A DNA stretch of 64,000 nt from Mariprofundus sp. (GCA_030951045.1 JAUZQJ010000012.1:1417-65416), one strand, 5' to 3'; positions 1-11,242 are shown, counted from the first letter of the stretch. Program-made: numbers and translations. Notes: generated from the letters alone by a model not told the origin.

Positions 1-111
1 AGCTTAGCCAAAAAATTAAGTCTCTTCTGAACTGATGCTTTAAACTGCGATCTGCATCGGTAGCAATATTTATAATTAAGCCATGGAGTTGCAATATCTC
101 CTTGGTTCCAT

Positions 112-417
112 CTATTTTGCTTGATTAAGCTTAACCCCATTTCTAATGAGTGTCGGAGTATCGTAGAAGGTAGTGCTTTCACCACGAATCATCTTTTCGT
201 AATGCTTCTCTGAAATGCTCATGCCAAACACATCATGGTGGGCAGAATCAATAATCCCCTCCAGTGTAGCTTTATCTATCAAGGCAGACTGTAAGCCTGC
301 GGCCATATAACCACGGATGAAGTCTTGCTGCTTCTCATCTTCTAAACCAGAGGCATGAGATTGCCGATATAGCTTCTTTAGTAGTGATTCAATGTTGCTG
401 GAAAAATTGTTGCTCAT
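112..417 (-). CDS. hypothetical protein (101 aa)
   Basis: Clean ORF with ATG and a GGGG-type RBS-like tract upstream on the minus strand; no recognised domain. Confidence 0.7.
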   Translation of the reverse strand: MSNNFSSNIESLLKKLYRQSHASGLEDEKQQDFIRGYMAAGLQSALIDKATLEGIIDSAHHDVFGMSISEKHYEKMIRGESTTFYDTPTLIRNGVKLNQAK

Positions 418-823
418 AATGAAACCCCTGGGGTGACGTGTGGAGACAGTATGTTTGACTAAGTTGTTTTAAGCATAGTCTATAATCGACACTATGAGCA
501 TATAATATATCTATATGGAGTTTGTGGCCTTGTTGTCCATTGGTCTTTTAAGCTTCGCGATTCGGCTCTATCGAGGGAAAAAACGGGAGAAACACTCTTT
601 TGATTTTAATCCGTGGGCGTAAGTATGGTGATTGGCGCAAAATATCTGCGTGAAAAGGGCTTTCGTCGAATAACTCACTTGATTGTACTTACTTATGACA
701 GAGGCTAAGTATCTCTATTTCCGTCGAGATTTCTTTCTCAATATATCAAGGAACCTGTACGGTTTTTTTTCCCTCAAAAGAGTACAAGCAGCATTTATTC
801 CTGAACGTGGCTATCATTTGCTG

Positions 824-1987
824 ATGCGCAGAATAGATACCATTGAACCCTTTCGGGTAATGCAATTGCTTGAGCGGGCCAAGGAGCTGGAAGCCGAGGG
901 TCGTAAGATTATTCATATGGAGATTGGTGAACCTGATTTCCCAACACCTGCTCCGGTAATCGAAGCGGGCCATAAGCAATTGGATCTTGGTGATAATTTT
1001 TATACGCCATCTACCGGTAACCCTCAGCTTCAGCAGGCATTGTCTGACTGGTATAAAAAAGAGTATGGCGTGGATGTGGCTGCACAACGTATTCTCATCA
1101 CGCCAGGGACTTCCGGAGCCTTCAGTCTGCTTTATGCGGTGCTGCTGGAGGCCGGTGAATCGGTGTTGTTGCCTGATCCCGGTTATCCCTGTCAGCGTAA
1201 CTTTATTCGCTTGGCTGGTGGTGAACCGATCAATATTCCGGTGGGGCCGGAGAGTAAGTATCAGTTTTCTGAGGCTATGATTGAAGAGCACTGGGCGGAT
1301 AGCACACGGGCAGCAGTGGTGATTAACCCATCCAATCCTACCGGTACGCTGATGGATGATGATGTGCTTGAAGCGTTGACACACAGTTGTCGGCAACGGA
1401 GTGGTTATCTGATTTCTGATGAACTGTATCATGGCCTGACCTACGGTGTGAAAGCACGTTGTGCGCTTGAGTTTGATGATAGTGCTATTGTGGTAAATGG
1501 CTTTTCCAAACGCTGGGCGATGACCGGCTGGCGTATTGGCTGGGTGATTGTGCCGGAGGCTCTCATCGATGCCTGTCGGCGTGTGATGCAGAATATCTTT
1601 ATTGCGGCGCCAACCTTATCCCAGCAGGTTGCTATCATGGCTTTGCAGTGCGATATGCAAACTGAAGCCATGCGGCTTGCTTATGATGAGCGGCGTAAGC
1701 TGTTACTGGGAGCGTTGCCCGAACTTGGTTTTGATATCGTGGTGGAGCCGCAAGGTGCTTTTTATCTGTATGCCAATGTGAGTCGCATTACCGATGATGC
1801 GCGTACCTTATGTTGGCATATGTTGGAGCAGGCTGGGGTGGCGATTACGCCGGGTGAAGATTTTGGGTTGTACCGATGCAATACCCATGTGCGATTCTCT
1901 TATGCTGCCAGTCTGACAGATATCCGTGAGGGGCTGCACCGTATGAAGGTCTATTTGCAGAAGAGGCATCATGCTGTGGCCTTATAG
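824..1987 (+). CDS. PLP-dependent class I/II (aspartate-type) aminotransferase
   Basis: MEIGEPDF, INPSNPTG, SDELYHGL and GFSK..AMTGWRIGW motifs; start refined to ATG 824 (ORF extends to 683). Confidence 0.92.
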   Translation: MRRIDTIEPFRVMQLLERAKELEAEGRKIIHMEIGEPDFPTPAPVIEAGHKQLDLGDNFYTPSTGNPQLQQALSDWYKKEYGVDVAAQRILITPGTSGAFSLLYAVLLEAGESVLLPDPGYPCQRNFIRLAGGEPINIPVGPESKYQFSEAMIEEHWADSTRAAVVINPSNPTGTLMDDDVLEALTHSCRQRSGYLISDELYHGLTYGVKARCALEFDDSAIVVNGFSKRWAMTGWRIGWVIVPEALIDACRRVMQNIFIAAPTLSQQVAIMALQCDMQTEAMRLAYDERRKLLLGALPELGFDIVVEPQGAFYLYANVSRITDDARTLCWHMLEQAGVAITPGEDFGLYRCNTHVRFSYAASLTDIREGLHRMKVYLQKRHHAVAL

Positions 1988-2103
1988 TGAGGAGGCTGCC
2001 GAGCGCAGATGCACTAGCGATTGTGCCTCTTGCCTGTATGAGAAAGTAGCATCGGATGAGCCTGTTAAAGCGTTGCTGAAAAGGGTTGTGGGAGAGAGTA
2101 CAC

Positions 2104-3273
2104 ATGAAAGCTAAACTAAACATTGTTGCTGATGCGCATATATGGTCTGTTCAGTCAGCGTTTTCCACCTTACCGGGCTATGATGTGAATTTACAGGTGT
2201 TGGAAAATAGACAGATCACGGCTGAGCGTGTGCGTGATGCCGATATCCTGTTGACCCGTTCGGCAACACGAGTTAATGCTGATCTATTGCAGAACAGTCG
2301 TGTACGTTTTGCAGCGACTGCCACGATCGGTGATGATCACTATGATAAAGCGTGGCTGGATGCGCAGGGCATTGCATGGGCAAATGCAGCCGGTTCTTCT
2401 ACGGGCTCCGTATTAGAGTATATGATGGCGGCTCTGCTTGATTTACATCAACAGGGCCGTATCAATATTCCGCAGAGTACTATTGGCATCATTGGAGCAG
2501 GGCGTATAGGGGGCGCATTGGCTGAATTGTGTACCTCATTGGGTATGAAAGTGTTGCTGAATGATCCTCCCAGAGCACGGCAGGAGGGCGATGATCAGTT
2601 TTGTAGTCTGGATGAAGCACTGATGCATGCCGATATTCTCACTATTCATACTCCGTTGATTCGTTCTGGAGAGGACAACACCGTGCATCTGTTGTCTGAC
2701 AGGCAACTACAAACGTTCAGCGGTGTGGGAATTATGAATGCTGCGCGTGGCAGTTGTGTGGATAATGCAGCGCTGTGTGACTGGCTGGATCAGGGTGATG
2801 GCCGTTTTGCTGTGATGGATTGCTGGGAGAATGAACCGAAACCGTTGGCCCGTTTGATCAAGCATGCCGGCATGGCTATTGCTACACCACACATCGCGGG
2901 GCACTCGGTCGAAGGCAAGGCTGCCAATACGCAGTCTGTTTATAATACTCTGTGTAAATATCTGGAGATCAAACCAACGTGGGATATGCATGCTGTATTG
3001 CCTGATTTTCCTGCCATTGTAGAGCTCTCTGCTGGTGATGACATGTGGCACACCTTACACGCCGCAGTCTCGGCACTGTATCCGATTAGCGATGATCATG
3101 CTGTCATGCAGTCATGGGCAGAGCTGGGCCCGGATGATTTGGCACTAGCATTTGTTGCGTATCGCCGAAACTATCCGGTCAGACGAAGCTGGCAGCATGC
3201 TCCGCTATCTATTTCAGATGCAGGCCGGGGCACGTTGCAAATGGCCGATGCCATTGGTGTAAAACTTGTATAG
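2104..3273 (+). CDS. pdxB: 4-phosphoerythronate dehydrogenase
   Basis: LLTRSATRVN, ATATIGDDH, GIIGAGRIG, HTPL, NAARG, DCWENEP and TPHIAGHS motifs; C-terminal YRRNYPVRR. Confidence 0.9.
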   Translation: MKAKLNIVADAHIWSVQSAFSTLPGYDVNLQVLENRQITAERVRDADILLTRSATRVNADLLQNSRVRFAATATIGDDHYDKAWLDAQGIAWANAAGSSTGSVLEYMMAALLDLHQQGRINIPQSTIGIIGAGRIGGALAELCTSLGMKVLLNDPPRARQEGDDQFCSLDEALMHADILTIHTPLIRSGEDNTVHLLSDRQLQTFSGVGIMNAARGSCVDNAALCDWLDQGDGRFAVMDCWENEPKPLARLIKHAGMAIATPHIAGHSVEGKAANTQSVYNTLCKYLEIKPTWDMHAVLPDFPAIVELSAGDDMWHTLHAAVSALYPISDDHAVMQSWAELGPDDLALAFVAYRRNYPVRRSWQHAPLSISDAGRGTLQMADAIGVKLV

Positions 3274-3276
3274 CGT

Positions 3277-3822
3277 GTGCTGATGACTATTTCAAAAGAT
3301 AACCTGGTTTGGATGGGTCTTGAAATGACAGGGCTGGATCCTGAAAAAGAGACCATTATCGAAATCGCTACGATCATTACCGATAGCGAGTTGAACATTG
3401 TGGATGAAGGCCCCTGCCTGGCGATTCACCAGCCTGATACCAAGCTTGATGCGATGGATGAATGGAATACCACCCATCATGGCCAATCCGGTTTAACGGC
3501 CAGAGTGAAAAGGTCAGAGATTTCTATGCGTGATGCTGAGCTTCAGACTTTAGATTTTATCCGCCGGTATGTCCCTGAGGGCACTTCACCGTTATGTGGT
3601 AACTCGGTGCATCAGGATCGACGTTTCATGGTACCTTATATGCCTGAGTTGGAAGCCTATCTGCACTATCGCAATATCGATGTGAGCACGATCAAAGAGC
3701 TCTCACGCCGCTGGTATCCTCGAATGCGACCGCCGCGTAAGCAGGCAGTGCATATGGCACTGGTAGATATTCGCGAATCTATCGAAGAGTTGGTTTGGTA
3801 TAGGCAGCATCTGTTCCGTTAA
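3277..3822 (+). CDS. orn: oligoribonuclease (ExoI Asp replaced by Gly)
   Basis: [29 protein letters not shown] and H.AL.DIRES motifs; the first motif reads WMGLEM instead of W(I/M)DLEM. Confidence 0.93.
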   Translation: MLMTISKDNLVWMGLEMTGLDPEKETIIEIATIITDSELNIVDEGPCLAIHQPDTKLDAMDEWNTTHHGQSGLTARVKRSEISMRDAELQTLDFIRRYVPEGTSPLCGNSVHQDRRFMVPYMPELEAYLHYRNIDVSTIKELSRRWYPRMRPPRKQAVHMALVDIRESIEELVWYRQHLFR

Positions 3823-3851
3823 TAGAAAGCGCTGATTATTCAGCATCTCTT
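3823..3851. repeat. short imperfect palindrome, IS5-end-like family copy 1
   Basis: TAGAAAGCGCTGATTATTCAGCATCTCTT directly after the orn stop; similar elements at 23398, 33263 and 45058. Confidence 0.55.
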
Positions 3852-3923
3852 CAAAAGCAGCCCTGAATAAAAAGAGCCTTCCTGAGTGATGCAAAAGCTT
3901 ATGCCTGAGGGTAAGCTCGCGGC

Positions 3924-6900
3924 ATGCGCTTTGCTCCATTCTCCCATCTTCATAATCACTCTGATTTCTCTCTATTGGGAGCAACCACGTCGATAGATGG
4001 ATTGCTTAAAAAGGCTGTTGAACACAAACAGCCTGCCATTGCATTGACCGATTATGGTAACCTGTTTGGTGCCATTGAGTTTTATTCCAAAGCCATGCGT
4101 TTGGGGGTCAAACCGATTCTGGGCTGTGAAGTGTATATCTGTGAAGATCATACAATACGTGTAGCAGAGGGCCCCAGAGGGCCGAAGTTTCCGCAATTGG
4201 TGCTGTTGGCGCGCAACAATAAGGGCTGGAAAAACCTGCTTAAACTTATTTCTGTCTCCTTTATGGAAGGTTTTTATTATAAACCACGTGTAGGCAAGGC
4301 ATTTTTGGCTGAACATGCCGATGGCTTGATTGCACTCTCTTCCGGCTGGAATGGCGAAGTAGAAAAATACTTGCAAAAGGGTGATCGACAGGGGGCAAAA
4401 GAAGCAGCTCTGGCCTATAAAGAGATGTTTCATGAAAACTGTTTCTTTCTGGAGTTACAGCGGCATGGGGCATCTGGTCAGGAAGATGTGAACCGCCAGG
4501 TAATTGAACTGGCGCATGAACTGGATATTCCGCTGGTGGCCAGTAATAACTCCCATTTTCCGCAGCGAGAAGATTTCCAATCCTTTGAAGCGATGTTGGC
4601 CTTGCAGCAAAACCGCACCTTGAATGATGATGTCTCCGCTCATTTTACACCGGAATATTATCTCAAATCATATGAAGAGATGGCCGAACTGTTTGCCGAT
4701 GTGCCGGAAGCGTTGGAAAACACCATGCACATCGCCAATCGCTGCAATGTGGATTTGCAATTCGGGCATTATCAACTGCCTGATTTCAAGACACCCGGTG
4801 ATATGGATCTGTCTGATTATATGCGTGAGCAAGCGCGTGAAGGTTTGGATCTGCGCTGGCCGACAATTCTTGCCGGAGAGCCGGATGCTGATCGTGAAGT
4901 GTATAATAAACGTTTGAACTTTGAGTTGGATATTATCGTGGAAATGAAATTCCCCGGTTATTTCCTGATCGTTTCGGACTTTATTTTGTGGGCCAAGAAT
5001 CAGGGCATTCCCGTAGGGCCCGGGCGTGGTTCAGGTGCCGGTTCGTTGGTCGCTTATGTGCTGAAAATCACTGACCTTGATCCGATTAAATATGGTTTGC
5101 TGTTCGAGCGTTTTCTGAATCCTGAACGTGTATCCATGCCCGATTTCGATATCGATTTCTGCATGTCACGCCGTGAAGAGGTGATTCGTTATGTGACACA
5201 AAAATATGGTGAGGAAAAAGTTGCTCAGATCATCACCTATGGTTCCATGAAAGCCAAAGCGGTGGTGCGTGATGTGGGGCGTGTATTGGCGATGGATCTG
5301 GCCAAGGTCAATACGATTGCCAAGCTGATTCCTACCGATATGAAAATGACGCTGGAAAAAGCACTGGTTGAAGAACCTAAACTTGCTGAGATGCTCGATA
5401 AAGATGATGAAGTGGCGCGGCTGTTTGATCTGGCCCGGCGTTTGGAAGGGAAACATCGAAATGCTGGTAAACACGCTGCTGGTGTAATTATTGCGAGTAG
5501 GGATCTGACCGATACTGCGCCGTTGTTCAAAGTGGCTGGTGAAGAAGGGAAAGTGGTCCAGTGGGATATGGGCAATAGTGAGAAAGTCGGATTGGTGAAA
5601 TTCGACTTCCTTGGCTTGAAAACACTGACCGTTATCGATATTGCCTGTAAACTGATCAAACAATTCGATCCGCGCCCTGAAGCACAAAGTTTTGATATAA
5701 CCACCATTCCGATGCATGACGAACCTACCTTCAAACTGATGCAGCGCGGTCAGACCGGAGCGGTGTTTCAGGTGGAATCCTCAGGTATGCGAGATCTGCT
5801 GACGCGACTGTTGCCTGACTGTTTTGAAGATATTATTGCACTGGTGGCGCTGTATCGTCCCGGCCCGTTGGAATCAGGCATGGTGGATACATTTATCGCC
5901 TGTAAACATGGCACCCAGGAGATTGTTTACCTGTTGCCGCAACTCAAGCCTATTCTGCAGGAGACCAACGGGGTTATTCTGTATCAGGAACAGGTGATGC
6001 AGATCGCTCAGGTATTGGCTGGATTTACACTCGGTCAGGCGGATATGTTGCGTCGAGCGATGGGTAAGAAAAAGCCGGAAGAGATGGCTATTCAGCGCAA
6101 ATTTTTCATGGAAGGGGCCGAAAAGCAGAAGATAGACCTCGAAAAAGCTGAGCAGATATTCGATTTGATGGAAAAGTTTGCAGGTTACGGATTCAATAAA
6201 TCGCATTCGGCCGCATATGCGTTGATCTCCTATCAAACAGCCTATCTGAAGACGCATTACCCGCATGCATTTATGGCTGCAACCTGCTCATGCGATATGG
6301 GCAATACGGATAAAATTGCCTCGCTGGTGACCGATTGTCGCAATATGGGTATTGAGATGCTGCCTCCTCACATCAACGCGTCGGAATGGGAGTTCAGGCC
6401 CGAAGATGATGCGATCCGTTATGGTCTTGGTGCCATTAAAGGGGTGGGTGAAGCTGCGGTCAGGGCTGTTGTTGAGGAGCGTATCAATAACGGTGTTTTT
6501 GATGATTTTGAGGCGCTGATTATGCGAGCGCCATCGCGCACGCTGAACAAACGTATTTTGGAAGGTATGATTAAAGCTGGTGCGTTGAATGGGTTGATTC
6601 CACATCAGAGTGCAGCTCTGGAAGGTCTCTCTGACACGATGGAGAAATTGAGCAAGAAACGGAAAGAGTTTGCATCCAATCAATCGGCTCTGTTTACCAT
6701 GGTCGAGCCTGAAAACAATCAGGGTTTCCCATTGACTGAAATGTGGGGGGCGGGCGATATTTTGCAGGCTGAGCGTGATGTGCTTGGTTTTTATTTGACC
6801 GGCCATCCGTTGGAATCCTTTTTGGGGCGCGCATCGGGTCTTGGTGATTGTAATTTGAGTCAGCTTAGCGAGCGTGAAGATGGGGCTCAGATTGTGGTTG

Positions 6901-7430
6901 CGGTAGGTGTTTCCAGTATTCGCCCCTATCATGGTGGGCGTGGCACGATGGCCTTTGTACAGCTCGAGGATTTGCATGGGCAGGCGGAAATGGTCTGTTT
7001 TGCGGATCTCTACAGTGAAGCAGCAGAGCTATTGGAGGCAGATGAACCGCTATTGGTGGCTGTTCGGGTGGATAAGTCCAGAGGTGATGAACCGACACTC
7101 GTGGCTGAGGCGATTACATCATTGCAGATGATTTTACCTGAATTGGTCAGTGAAATTCAGATTTCTGCCGCCAGTATTGCCTGGGATGAGGTGATATTGG
7201 CACGCCTGAAAGCTGCTGCTCAACATGGAAAAGCACGTCTTTCATTCCATGTCCGGCTTCCCGACGCTAGTCTTGCCCTCTTACAGACCGGACCGTGCAT
7301 TAAATGGGATGATGATGTGAAAGCGCAATTGGATGCGCGCTTTTCACCTGAATCGGTGCATTTGCGGTGTAAACCGTGGCAGCCGGCGCGTAAGCAGCAG
7401 GCCAAACGAGGCAACTGGTCCAACAAGTGA
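3924..7430 (+). CDS. dnaE: DNA polymerase III alpha subunit
   Basis: PHP N-terminus (HLHNHSDFS), GPGRGSGAGS, SMPDFDIDF, KFDFLGL, YGFNKSH, OB-fold C-terminus. Confidence 0.98.
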   Translation: MRFAPFSHLHNHSDFSLLGATTSIDGLLKKAVEHKQPAIALTDYGNLFGAIEFYSKAMRLGVKPILGCEVYICEDHTIRVAEGPRGPKFPQLVLLARNNKGWKNLLKLISVSFMEGFYYKPRVGKAFLAEHADGLIALSSGWNGEVEKYLQKGDRQGAKEAALAYKEMFHENCFFLELQRHGASGQEDVNRQVIELAHELDIPLVASNNSHFPQREDFQSFEAMLALQQNRTLNDDVSAHFTPEYYLKSYEEMAELFADVPEALENTMHIANRCNVDLQFGHYQLPDFKTPGDMDLSDYMREQAREGLDLRWPTILAGEPDADREVYNKRLNFELDIIVEMKFPGYFLIVSDFILWAKNQGIPVGPGRGSGAGSLVAYVLKITDLDPIKYGLLFERFLNPERVSMPDFDIDFCMSRREEVIRYVTQKYGEEKVAQIITYGSMKAKAVVRDVGRVLAMDLAKVNTIAKLIPTDMKMTLEKALVEEPKLAEMLDKDDEVARLFDLARRLEGKHRNAGKHAAGVIIASRDLTDTAPLFKVAGEEGKVVQWDMGNSEKVGLVKFDFLGLKTLTVIDIACKLIKQFDPRPEAQSFDITTIPMHDEPTFKLMQRGQTGAVFQVESSGMRDLLTRLLPDCFEDIIALVALYRPGPLESGMVDTFIACKHGTQEIVYLLPQLKPILQETNGVILYQEQVMQIAQVLAGFTLGQADMLRRAMGKKKPEEMAIQRKFFMEGAEKQKIDLEKAEQIFDLMEKFAGYGFNKSHSAAYALISYQTAYLKTHYPHAFMAATCSCDMGNTDKIASLVTDCRNMGIEMLPPHINASEWEFRPEDDAIRYGLGAIKGVGEAAVRAVVEERINNGVFDDFEALIMRAPSRTLNKRILEGMIKAGALNGLIPHQSAALEGLSDTMEKLSKKRKEFASNQSALFTMVEPENNQGFPLTEMWGAGDILQAERDVLGFYLTGHPLESFLGRASGLGDCNLSQLSEREDGAQIVVAVGVSSIRPYHGGRGTMAFVQLEDLHGQAEMVCFADLYSEAAELLEADEPLLVAVRVDKSRGDEPTLVAEAITSLQMILPELVSEIQISAASIAWDEVILARLKAAAQHGKARLSFHVRLPDASLALLQTGPCIKWDDDVKAQLDARFSPESVHLRCKPWQPARKQQAKRGNWSNK

Positions 7431-7496
7431 TTGCTCGCCTTGGCGCGAGAGATGCTTGGATAGATAGGCTAAGGAATGCCTAACAAGGAGAACAAC

Positions 7497-8450
7497 GTGG
7501 CTTATAGTTATTTGGAATTTGAACGCCCCATTGCTGAACTGACATCAAAGATTGATGATTTATCAAATATGGGCTCTGACTCCGGCGTGAATATCGCTGA
7601 AGAAGTCGAGCGCTTGAATGAAAAACGTAATAAGCTAATTGAAGAGATCTATAGCAATGCGACACGTTCTCAGATTTGCCAGCTTTCCCGTCACCCTGAT
7701 CGTCCTTACATTCTGGATTATATTCCGATGATTTTTGATGATTTTCAGGAATTGCATGGCGATCGCGCCTTTTCTGATGATGGTGCGATTGTTGGTTGTA
7801 TTGCAAATTTCCGAGGTAAATCTGTGATGGTTGTTGGCCATCAGAAAGGTCGCGATACGAAAGAAAAGCTAAAACGTAACTTTGGTATGCCGCGTCCTGA
7901 AGGTTATCGCAAAGCACTACGCCTGTTTAGGCTGGCCGAACGCTTTGATATGCCTGTGTTGACCTTTATTGATACCGCCGGTGCCTGGCCGGGTATTGAT
8001 GCTGAAGAGCGAGGGCAGAGTGAAGCGATTGCACGCAATCTACAGGAGCTGGCCGGTTTGAAAGTGCCTGTTATCTGTACCGTTATAGGAGAAGGTGGTT
8101 CCGGCGGTGCGTTGGCTATTGGTGTGGGCGACCGTCTGTATATGCAGCAGTTTTCCACCTATTCTGTCATCTCTCCGGAAGGTTGTGCGGCCATTTTGTG
8201 GCGTGACAAGGCGTTTGCACCGGAAGCTGCTGAAGCATTGAAACCTACCGCTGCAGACCTGTTGAAACTCGGTTTGATCGACGCCATTATCCCTGAACCG
8301 CGTGATGGAGCTCATCGCAACGCTAAAGGTGCAGCAGAACTGCTGGCAGAATCACTCGACAACACATTGAATGCATTAATTGCAATGCCACTGGATCAAT
8401 TGCTTGCTGAGCGTGACGCACGTTTGCGTAATCTGGGTCAGTTTAGTTAG
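7497..8450 (+). CDS. accA: acetyl-CoA carboxylase carboxyltransferase alpha subunit
   Basis: [30 protein letters not shown]; AAGGAG RBS before GTG 7497; dnaE-accA synteny. Confidence 0.97.
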   Translation: MAYSYLEFERPIAELTSKIDDLSNMGSDSGVNIAEEVERLNEKRNKLIEEIYSNATRSQICQLSRHPDRPYILDYIPMIFDDFQELHGDRAFSDDGAIVGCIANFRGKSVMVVGHQKGRDTKEKLKRNFGMPRPEGYRKALRLFRLAERFDMPVLTFIDTAGAWPGIDAEERGQSEAIARNLQELAGLKVPVICTVIGEGGSGGALAIGVGDRLYMQQFSTYSVISPEGCAAILWRDKAFAPEAAEALKPTAADLLKLGLIDAIIPEPRDGAHRNAKGAAELLAESLDNTLNALIAMPLDQLLAERDARLRNLGQFS

Positions 8451-8460
8451 GCCATTATAT

Positions 8461-9612
8461 ATGTCTGCCGCTACCGCCGCGCCATCCAATATAGCTACCA
8501 ATATTGCCGTTAAACTGATTCAACGCGAATCAGTCACACCGGATGATGGTGGTTGCCAGAATTATATTGCTACACTGCTGGCACCACTCGGATTTGTGCG
8601 TACGCAGGTGGATGTTGGTGGCATTACCAACAGTATTTATACCCGTATGGGTGAATTAAACGGCACCATCGCCTTTGCCGGGCATACTGATGTGGTGCCG
8701 ACAGGGCCGGTTGATCAGTGGCCGCATGCCCCGTTTGATGCCGTGATTGAAAATGGTGTGCTGCATGGTCGTGGCGCGCAGGATATGAAAGGTGGCGTGG
8801 CATGCTGGATTGCTGCCGTGGCCGGCTTATGTGGTGAATATACACCGATTCCAACCGTGCAAATGCTAATCACCTCGGATGAAGAGGGTGAGTCTGTTGA
8901 TGGCACTATCCGCATCATGGAATATATGCAGGCGCATGATTGTTTGCCCGATGCAGTGATTGTTGGGGAGCCGTCCTGTGCAGAGCAGGTTGGTGATACG
9001 ATTCGCCGTGGTCGTCGTGGTGTGGTGCAGGTGCGTATTACATTTCATGGTAAACAGGGGCATTCGGCTTATCCGCAGGACGCTGATAACGCTATTCACC
9101 ATGCTGCCCCCAGCCTTGCCAATGTTGCAGCTATTGAGTGGGGAGAACCGGCACACGGTTTTCCGGCTACCAGTTGTCAGATTACCAATGTGAACGGTGG
9201 CACGGGAGCAACCAATGTGATCCCCGGCAGTTGCGTGGCGTTGGTTGATATTCGTTATAATCCGGCCAATGATTTTGATGCGATCAAGGCTGCTATCGAA
9301 ACGGCATGTGCTGGCTGTGAAACAACGTTGGATTTTGATCATGTTGCCATCGCATTCTCTACACCTGATGGCCCATTTCTCGACCTGGTTTGCAACAGTA
9401 TCAAGCAGGTGACCGGCATTGAGACTGTACGCGATACTGGTGGGGGCACCTCCGATGGTCGCTTTTTGGCGGCTGCTGGCATTGCAGTAGCAGAACTTGG
9501 CACAACCAATAGCACCATTCATCAAATTGGCGAGCAGGTTGCTATTGCTGAATTGGAAACGCTGACACATATTTATAGTGAAATTATTGAAAACTTCGAG
9601 GTCCAAGCATGA
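8461..9612 (+). CDS. dapE: succinyl-diaminopimelate desuccinylase
   Basis: [34 protein letters not shown] and GGGTSDGRF motifs. Confidence 0.95.
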   Translation: MSAATAAPSNIATNIAVKLIQRESVTPDDGGCQNYIATLLAPLGFVRTQVDVGGITNSIYTRMGELNGTIAFAGHTDVVPTGPVDQWPHAPFDAVIENGVLHGRGAQDMKGGVACWIAAVAGLCGEYTPIPTVQMLITSDEEGESVDGTIRIMEYMQAHDCLPDAVIVGEPSCAEQVGDTIRRGRRGVVQVRITFHGKQGHSAYPQDADNAIHHAAPSLANVAAIEWGEPAHGFPATSCQITNVNGGTGATNVIPGSCVALVDIRYNPANDFDAIKAAIETACAGCETTLDFDHVAIAFSTPDGPFLDLVCNSIKQVTGIETVRDTGGGTSDGRFLAAAGIAVAELGTTNSTIHQIGEQVAIAELETLTHIYSEIIENFEVQA

Positions 9613-9998
9613 CTGGTTCAACTAACAATGAGGCGCTGGGTGCACAGATGAATTACCCGGAAAAAGAGTTGGAGGTGTTTGATAACCCGAATCCGGAACG
9701 CGACTATCATATTCGTATCGACTCTCCAGAGTTTACTTGCCTGTGCCCTAAAACGGGCCAGCCGGATTTCGCTGAAATCAAACTGGATTATGTACCCGAT
9801 CAGTGTTGTGTAGAGCTTAAATCGCTCAAGTTGTATTACTGGAGTTTCCGCGATGAAGGTCACTTCCATGAAAAAGTTACCAATATGATTGCTGATGACC
9901 TGATTAAGCTGCTCGATCCGCGTTATTTGAAAGTACAGGCGATCTTTAATGTGCGCGGTGGTGTTTACACCACTGTTGAAGTCGAACATAAAAAATAA
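9609..9998 (+). CDS. queF: 7-cyano-7-deazaguanine reductase (preQ1 synthase), short unimodular type
   Basis: [28 protein letters not shown] and FNVRGG motifs. Confidence 0.95.
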   Translation: MTGSTNNEALGAQMNYPEKELEVFDNPNPERDYHIRIDSPEFTCLCPKTGQPDFAEIKLDYVPDQCCVELKSLKLYYWSFRDEGHFHEKVTNMIADDLIKLLDPRYLKVQAIFNVRGGVYTTVEVEHKK

Positions 9999-10018
9999 TG
10001 AAAAAAATAACAGTTAAA

Positions 10019-10088
10019 CAACAAAGGCACGAAGGCTCGAAGTATCATCACCTTTGTGTTTCTTTGCGTCTTTGTGTCTCTGTGGTGG
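10019..10088. repeat. 8-bp tandem units in inverted arrangement (GCACGAAG / CTTTGTGT type)
   Basis: ACAAAGGCACGAAGGCTCGAAG, a short spacer, then CTTTGTGTTTCTTTGCGTCTTTGTGTCTCTGTGG between queF and dapF. Confidence 0.65.
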
Positions 10089-10095
10089 AATAATT

Positions 10096-10806
10096 ATGAA
10101 ACAGATCCCGTTTACCAAAATGCAGGCTCAGGGTAATGATTTTATCATTCTGAACGGTCTGACCGCTGAGATACCACTGCTAAACGTGGCATTTGTACGC
10201 CGTATTACCGAGCGCCGTTATGGTATCGGTTGTGATCAGCTGCTTGTGCTCGAAAAATCAGATACTACTGATGCGTACCTGCGTATTTTTAACAGCGATG
10301 GTTCTGAGGCAGCCAATTGTGGCAATGGCCTGCGCTGTGTTGGGCAGCTGCTGATGAAACAGCTTGGCAAAGAGTGTGTGTCCATTGCACTGGCTGATCG
10401 TGAAGTACACGTGGAAGCGACCATTAATGGCATCTGTGTCGATATGGGGGCCGCTACGGTTACTGCTTCTACCGATGCCCATGTTGATATTGATATCGGT
10501 AATACACACAGTGTGTTTTTTGAAGCGATTGAAACGTTTCCAACAGACCGTAATGTTGAAATAGTTACCGGTCAGGTCGCCAGTCACATCTATGTTGATA
10601 TTATTGAACGTGGTGCTGGCCGTACGCTGGCTTGTGGCACAGGAGCTTGTGCTACTGCAGCTGCGATCTGGCATGCGGAAGGTGAAGTACGTCCACTGAC
10701 CATCGAAATGCCGGGTGGCACGGTTACGGTTACAGGCTGTCCGAAAAATATCATGTTGGAAGGACCTGTTACACAAACCTTTGAAGGGATGTTCGTCCTC
10801 GATTAA
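10096..10806 (+). CDS. dapF: diaminopimelate epimerase (compact form)
   Basis: FTKMQAQGNDF, GIGCDQ, NSDGSEAANCGNG and ERGAGRTLACGTG motifs; start refined to ATG 10096. Confidence 0.93.
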   Translation: MKQIPFTKMQAQGNDFIILNGLTAEIPLLNVAFVRRITERRYGIGCDQLLVLEKSDTTDAYLRIFNSDGSEAANCGNGLRCVGQLLMKQLGKECVSIALADREVHVEATINGICVDMGAATVTASTDAHVDIDIGNTHSVFFEAIETFPTDRNVEIVTGQVASHIYVDIIERGAGRTLACGTGACATAAAIWHAEGEVRPLTIEMPGGTVTVTGCPKNIMLEGPVTQTFEGMFVLD

Positions 10807-10814
10807 GAGGCGCT

Positions 10815-11201
10815 ATGCGTCAACAGATTAAAATATGGATGCGTGCATTAAAGCGACAAACCTGTGCGCTCTACCTGGCTTCTCGCCATGCCAGGGTATC
10901 ACCTTTGGCAAAGTTATTGATCGTTGCCATTATTGCTTATGTACTTAGTCCGATTGATCTGATTCCGGATTTTATCCCGGTCATCGGATACCTTGATGAT
11001 TTACTACTATTGCCGCTTGGTATTGCAGTGGTCATTAAAATGATCCCCGCCGATGTATGGCAGGAGTGCTTGAAACAAGCCGATGAAGAGATGGTGATCG
11101 ATTCTCCACATAGAAAAACTGCTGCTGCGATGATCATCATCATCTGGCTGTTGGTCGCAGCAGTACTTGCCCGTCTGATTATGGGTTGGTTGTCGTCGTG
11201 A
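10815..11201 (+). CDS. YkvA / DUF1232 family membrane protein
   Basis: AYVLSPIDLIPDFIPVIGYLDD signature. Confidence 0.9.
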   Translation: MRQQIKIWMRALKRQTCALYLASRHARVSPLAKLLIVAIIAYVLSPIDLIPDFIPVIGYLDDLLLLPLGIAVVIKMIPADVWQECLKQADEEMVIDSPHRKTAAAMIIIIWLLVAAVLARLIMGWLSS

Positions 11202-11242
11202 ACTTTCAACAGTCACGATTTTATCGATGTGATAATTCGTAC

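Noticed and set aside
3924-4700. Missing metal ligands in the DnaE PHP domain (SLLG, TDY, SNNSH)
   Set aside because: An inactive PHP domain is normal for proteobacterial DnaE, which uses DnaQ for proofreading.
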